NCBI GenBank assembly: GCA_965223905.1
Contig: CBDCXV010000010.1
Coordinates: 384,001 to 448,000 of the forward strand
Reading direction: 5' to 3'
Origin: Candidatus Latescibacterota bacterium
GTDB taxonomy: Bacteria; Latescibacterota; UBA2968; UBA8231
Length of the DNA stretch: 64,000 nt
Both the position numbers and the translations under genes were made by a program. Shown piece by piece: positions 60,510 through 64,000 of this stretch; within the stretch, counting starts at the first letter, position 1; the number at the start of each line of letters is the position of its first letter. The notes beneath the pieces are model-generated. The model saw only the letters and a list, made by a program, of their open reading frames with translations. It was not told the origin of the DNA and searched no databases.

Positions 60510-60881
60510 ATGCCCATTGTTGACATCGAGGTCGTGACGAACGCCTCGGAACCTGTGGCCAGTAAGGAGCAGCTCCAGTCTCTCGTCGACGAGCTGGGGG
60601 ACCTGTTCGGCAGCGAGCCGGGGGGCACGTGGATAAGACTGCGCTCGATCGACCGGGGCGACTACGCCGAAAACAAGACCCTGATCGACGGGAGCGTGCG
60701 TCCAACCTTCGTCAGCGTCTTGCGCTCCGAATTGCCCGATGCGGTCGAGCTGCGCCGGGAGATGGCCGGCATCGCGGAAGCCGTCGCTCGGATCCTCGAC
60801 AGGCCTCTAGAAAACGTACACGTGCTGTATTCCCCTGATGCCAAAGGGCGGATCGGGTTTGGCGGCGAATTGAAGGAGTAG
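60510..60881 (+). CDS. Tautomerase/MIF superfamily protein
   Basis: Pro after the initiator Met (PIVDIEV), YAEN, RPLENVHVLY...GRIGFGG. Confidence 0.65.
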   Translation: MPIVDIEVVTNASEPVASKEQLQSLVDELGDLFGSEPGGTWIRLRSIDRGDYAENKTLIDGSVRPTFVSVLRSELPDAVELRREMAGIAEAVARILDRPLENVHVLYSPDAKGRIGFGGELKE

Positions 60882-60943
60882 CCGGGACCCGGGCCGCTTC
60901 CCGGTACAACGCAGATGGTCCCGCTACGGAGGAGATTGATGGA

Positions 60944-61987
60944 ATGAGGATTACGCATCTGGAACGCACCGTAGTGTGTGTGCCCTTTCTACCCGGCATC
61001 CTGCCGCCCCCCAAGTACGAGGAGTTCACCGAGTCCTATCCCGCCCCACTCGGGGAAAGAAGACAGGATCTGCTCCGCATTCACACGGACGAGGGGATCA
61101 CCGGCCTCGGCATGAGCGGGCCCTACTTCGGCGACCACGAGCATCCGGTCCCCGATCTGATCGGCAGGAACCCCCTCGACTTCGAGCTGCGCAGCCTGAG
61201 GGGAGGTGGTTACGACATCGCCCTGCTGGATCTGATCGGCAAGGCGATCGGCTGGCCCCTGTACCGCATCTTCGGAGGGAAGGCCCAGGGCCGCGTGCTC
61301 GTCGATTACTGGATCGCGCGCATGGGCCCGGAAGCGTCCGCCGCCGCGGCCAGACGGGCGGCGGACTCGGGGTTCCACGGCATCAAGGTGAAGTGCACCC
61401 TGGACGACGGGAACGTGGCGGACCGGGTGCACGCCATTCACCAGGCTGCCCCCTCGTTGCGTATTGTCCTCGATCCCGGCCACCGATTTCACACCGTCGA
61501 ACAGGCGTTGGCGCTGGCACGGGAAATAGAAGCGTACGATGTCGTCTTCGAAGACCCGATCCCGAAAGACGACGCGGAAGACTACCGGCGGCTCAAGGAA
61601 GGGACATCGATTCTGATCGCTCCTCATCTTCAGAACCCGCGTCAGGTTATCGAGATGGTATACCGGGACGCCGTGGACGGAATCAACGTCGCACCTTCGG
61701 ACTGGGGCTTCCTGGACATGGCGCGAATCGCCGATGCCGCCGGCATCCCGGTGTGGCAGGCCTCCAATGTCGACCTGGGGATCTTCGACGCGTTCCGTCT
61801 CCACGCTTCCGCCGCCGCTCCGAACTGCACCCTGGCCAGCGACCTGTGCGGCAACTTCGTCCACGAGCACAGCCTGCTCGCGGAGCCCCTGGTCAGGGAT
61901 GGATATGCGGAGGTACCGGACAAGCCGGGACTGGGGGTCGAACTGGACGAGGACGCGGTGCAGCGGTATCCGGTGGGGGCACCTTAG
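60944..61987 (+). CDS. Mandelate racemase/muconate lactonizing enzyme family protein
   Basis: IHTDEGITGLG, DIALLDLIGK, KVK, FEDP, PDKPGLGVELD. Confidence 0.88.
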   Translation: MRITHLERTVVCVPFLPGILPPPKYEEFTESYPAPLGERRQDLLRIHTDEGITGLGMSGPYFGDHEHPVPDLIGRNPLDFELRSLRGGGYDIALLDLIGKAIGWPLYRIFGGKAQGRVLVDYWIARMGPEASAAAARRAADSGFHGIKVKCTLDDGNVADRVHAIHQAAPSLRIVLDPGHRFHTVEQALALAREIEAYDVVFEDPIPKDDAEDYRRLKEGTSILIAPHLQNPRQVIEMVYRDAVDGINVAPSDWGFLDMARIADAAGIPVWQASNVDLGIFDAFRLHASAAAPNCTLASDLCGNFVHEHSLLAEPLVRDGYAEVPDKPGLGVELDEDAVQRYPVGAP

Positions 61988-62202
61988 GGCCCGGTTTCGC
62001 GGACCCGCCGGGGTTGGTCCGATGGCCCTCCCCACACTCCAGTGGGTAGAGCAATGGAGAGAGCGGCCTGAGGGCAAAGGCTTGTGCAGGGAAAAAGCAC
62101 TGCACTACTCTTGGATCACGGTTCGAATAGGCCCTCGAAGGCTCCGAGGACCAGTTGTTGCTCCTTCGCTCCACGCCATGGCGAGTCAAAGGATCAAACA
62201 GA

Positions 62203-64000
62203 ATGCCGAGTGCCAACCAGACGCCCGAACAGGCAGCGCGAGAAAAAATCGACGAACGGCTGTCCTATGCGGGCTGGATAGTTCAGGACAAGACGAGAAT
62301 CGACTTCAACGCTGGGCTCGGGGTCGCCGTTCGCGAGTATCAGACGGATGTTGGCCCGGCTGATTACGCTCTCTTTGTCGACAAGAAACCTGTCGGCATT
62401 GTCGAGGCCAAGCCGGAGGATTGGGGCCAAAAAATCACGACTGTCGAGGGACAATCCGCCGCCTATGCCGCTGCCAAGCTCAAGTGGGTGAACAATAAAG
62501 AACCCCTGCCATTCGTCTACGAAAGCACTGGTGTGCTAACGCGCTTCACCAACGGACGCGATCCGAAGCCCCGCTCCCGGGAAGTGTTCAACTACCCTCG
62601 GCCAAAGACGATGCAGAACTGGCACGCCCAGTCGGACTCCCTTCGTGGGCGGCTCAAAAAGCTTCGGGATTTAGAACCTGTAGGGCTCAGGGCCTGCCAG
62701 ATCAGCGCCATCGAGAGGTTGGAGGCATCTTTCAAAGATGACCGCCCGCGCGCCCTCATTCAGATGGCCACTGGATCGGGCAAGACCTACACCGCCATCA
62801 CCTCGATCTACCGGCTGTTCAAACACGCCGACGCCAAGCGCATCCTCTTTCTCGTAGACACAAGGCATCTGGGAGAACAGGCCGAGCAGGAATTCATGGC
62901 CTACGTACCCAGTGACGACAACCGGAAATTCACCGAGCTCTACAACGTCCAGCGTCTCAGATCCTCCTTCGTCGCGCAGGACAGCCAAGTCTGTATCAGC
63001 ACCATCCAGCGTATGTATTCGCTTCTGAAGGGCGAGGAGTTGGACGAATCCGTCGAAGAGATCAATCCGGAGGAAATGGTCAGGCCCAAAAAGCCGATGC
63101 CGGTTGTCTATAACGAAAGGATTCCACCCGAGTTCTTCGACTTCATCATCATCGACGAGTGCCACCGCTCAATCTACAACCTCTGGCGTCAGGTTTTGGA
63201 GTATTTTGACGCCTACCTCGTCGGCCTGACCGCGACGCCTGACAACCGCACCTATGGATTTTTCAGAAAGAACGTCGTCAGCGAGTACACCCATGAGCAA
63301 GCGGTTGCCGACGGCGTCAATGTCGGCAACGAGGTCTATGTCATCGACACGAAAAGGACAAAGCATGGCGGTCAGCTCAAGGCCCTCCAGGAGGTCGAGA
63401 AGCGTGAGCGTCTGACGCGCCGAAAGCGCTGGGAAATTCAGGACGAGGACGTCACCTATACCGCCAGTGAACTGGACCATTCCGTCGTCAATCCCGACCA
63501 GATCCGCACCGTCATTCGCACCTTCCGCGACAAACTGCCTGAGGTATTCCCGGGCCGCGGCGAAGTCCCGAAGACACTGATTTTTGCAAAGACCGACAGC
63601 CACGCCGACGACATCATCCAGACCGTGCGCGAAGAATTCGCGGAAGGCAACGAGTTCTGCAAAAAGGTCACCTACAAAACCGAAGAAGACCCAGCGTCCG
63701 TCCTCGCCCAGTTCAGAAACGACTACTACCCGCGTATCGCTGTGACCGTGGATATGATTGCCACGGGTACCGACGTCAAGCCGCTCGAATGCCTGCTCTT
63801 CATGCGCGACGTGAGGAGCCTCAACTATTTCGAGCAGATGAAGGGACGTGGCACCCGCACACTTGACCATGACGATCTCAAGAAAGTCTCCCCCTCCGCT
63901 GTCAGTGGAAAGACCCACTATGTAATCGTGGACGCCGTCGGCGTCACAAAATCACTCAAGACCGCCAGCCAGCCGCTCATCACCAAACCCTCCGTGCCAC
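62203..64000 (+). CDS. hsdR: Type I restriction enzyme R subunit (3'-partial)
   Basis: MPSANQTPEQAAREKID..L..AGW, ADY...VEAK nuclease motif, QMATGSGKT, IIDECHRS, GLTATP, VDMIATGTDV, QMKGRGTR. Open to the window end, so absent from the ORF track. Confidence 0.92.
   Translation, partial: MPSANQTPEQAAREKIDERLSYAGWIVQDKTRIDFNAGLGVAVREYQTDVGPADYALFVDKKPVGIVEAKPEDWGQKITTVEGQSAAYAAAKLKWVNNKEPLPFVYESTGVLTRFTNGRDPKPRSREVFNYPRPKTMQNWHAQSDSLRGRLKKLRDLEPVGLRACQISAIERLEASFKDDRPRALIQMATGSGKTYTAITSIYRLFKHADAKRILFLVDTRHLGEQAEQEFMAYVPSDDNRKFTELYNVQRLRSSFVAQDSQVCISTIQRMYSLLKGEELDESVEEINPEEMVRPKKPMPVVYNERIPPEFFDFIIIDECHRSIYNLWRQVLEYFDAYLVGLTATPDNRTYGFFRKNVVSEYTHEQAVADGVNVGNEVYVIDTKRTKHGGQLKALQEVEKRERLTRRKRWEIQDEDVTYTASELDHSVVNPDQIRTVIRTFRDKLPEVFPGRGEVPKTLIFAKTDSHADDIIQTVREEFAEGNEFCKKVTYKTEEDPASVLAQFRNDYYPRIAVTVDMIATGTDVKPLECLLFMRDVRSLNYFEQMKGRGTRTLDHDDLKKVSPSAVSGKTHYVIVDAVGVTKSLKTASQPLITKPSVP

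Overview
A GC-rich bacterial genomic window, mostly accessory catabolic genes: six PhyH-type dioxygenases plus one other 2OG-Fe(II) oxygenase, Gfo/Idh/MocA and SDR oxidoreductases, DHDPS/NanA-like aldolases, a BNR sialidase-like protein, an amidase and an enolase-superfamily enzyme. It also holds host-interaction-type proteins (ankyrin, DM9-like, spondin), five toxin-antitoxin loci and a partial type I hsdR. The content resembles marine or sponge-symbiont FCB-type genomes (inference). Main observations: (1) a lower-GC island encoding BrnT toxin, then the N-terminal half of BrnA fused in frame to a SNF2 helicase, then an Hsp70/actin-fold ATPase; the ATPase is split by an ISKra4-type IS, and the module is a candidate undescribed defence system; (2) an OsmC/Ohr-family gene with an in-frame TGA at the first catalytic Cys position and a SECIS-like hairpin, a probable selenoprotein missed by the ORF track; (3) two TA-containing insertions bounded by target duplications and lacking any integrase, one of 6.77 kb splitting an ABC transporter operon and one at the 5' end of aroK; (4) a 225-bp MITE, an unexplained ~123-bp tandem repeat, and a modular repeat-built secreted protein. 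Several single-base frameshifts suggest sequencing or assembly indels. All family calls come from motif recognition by eye; no database searches were run.
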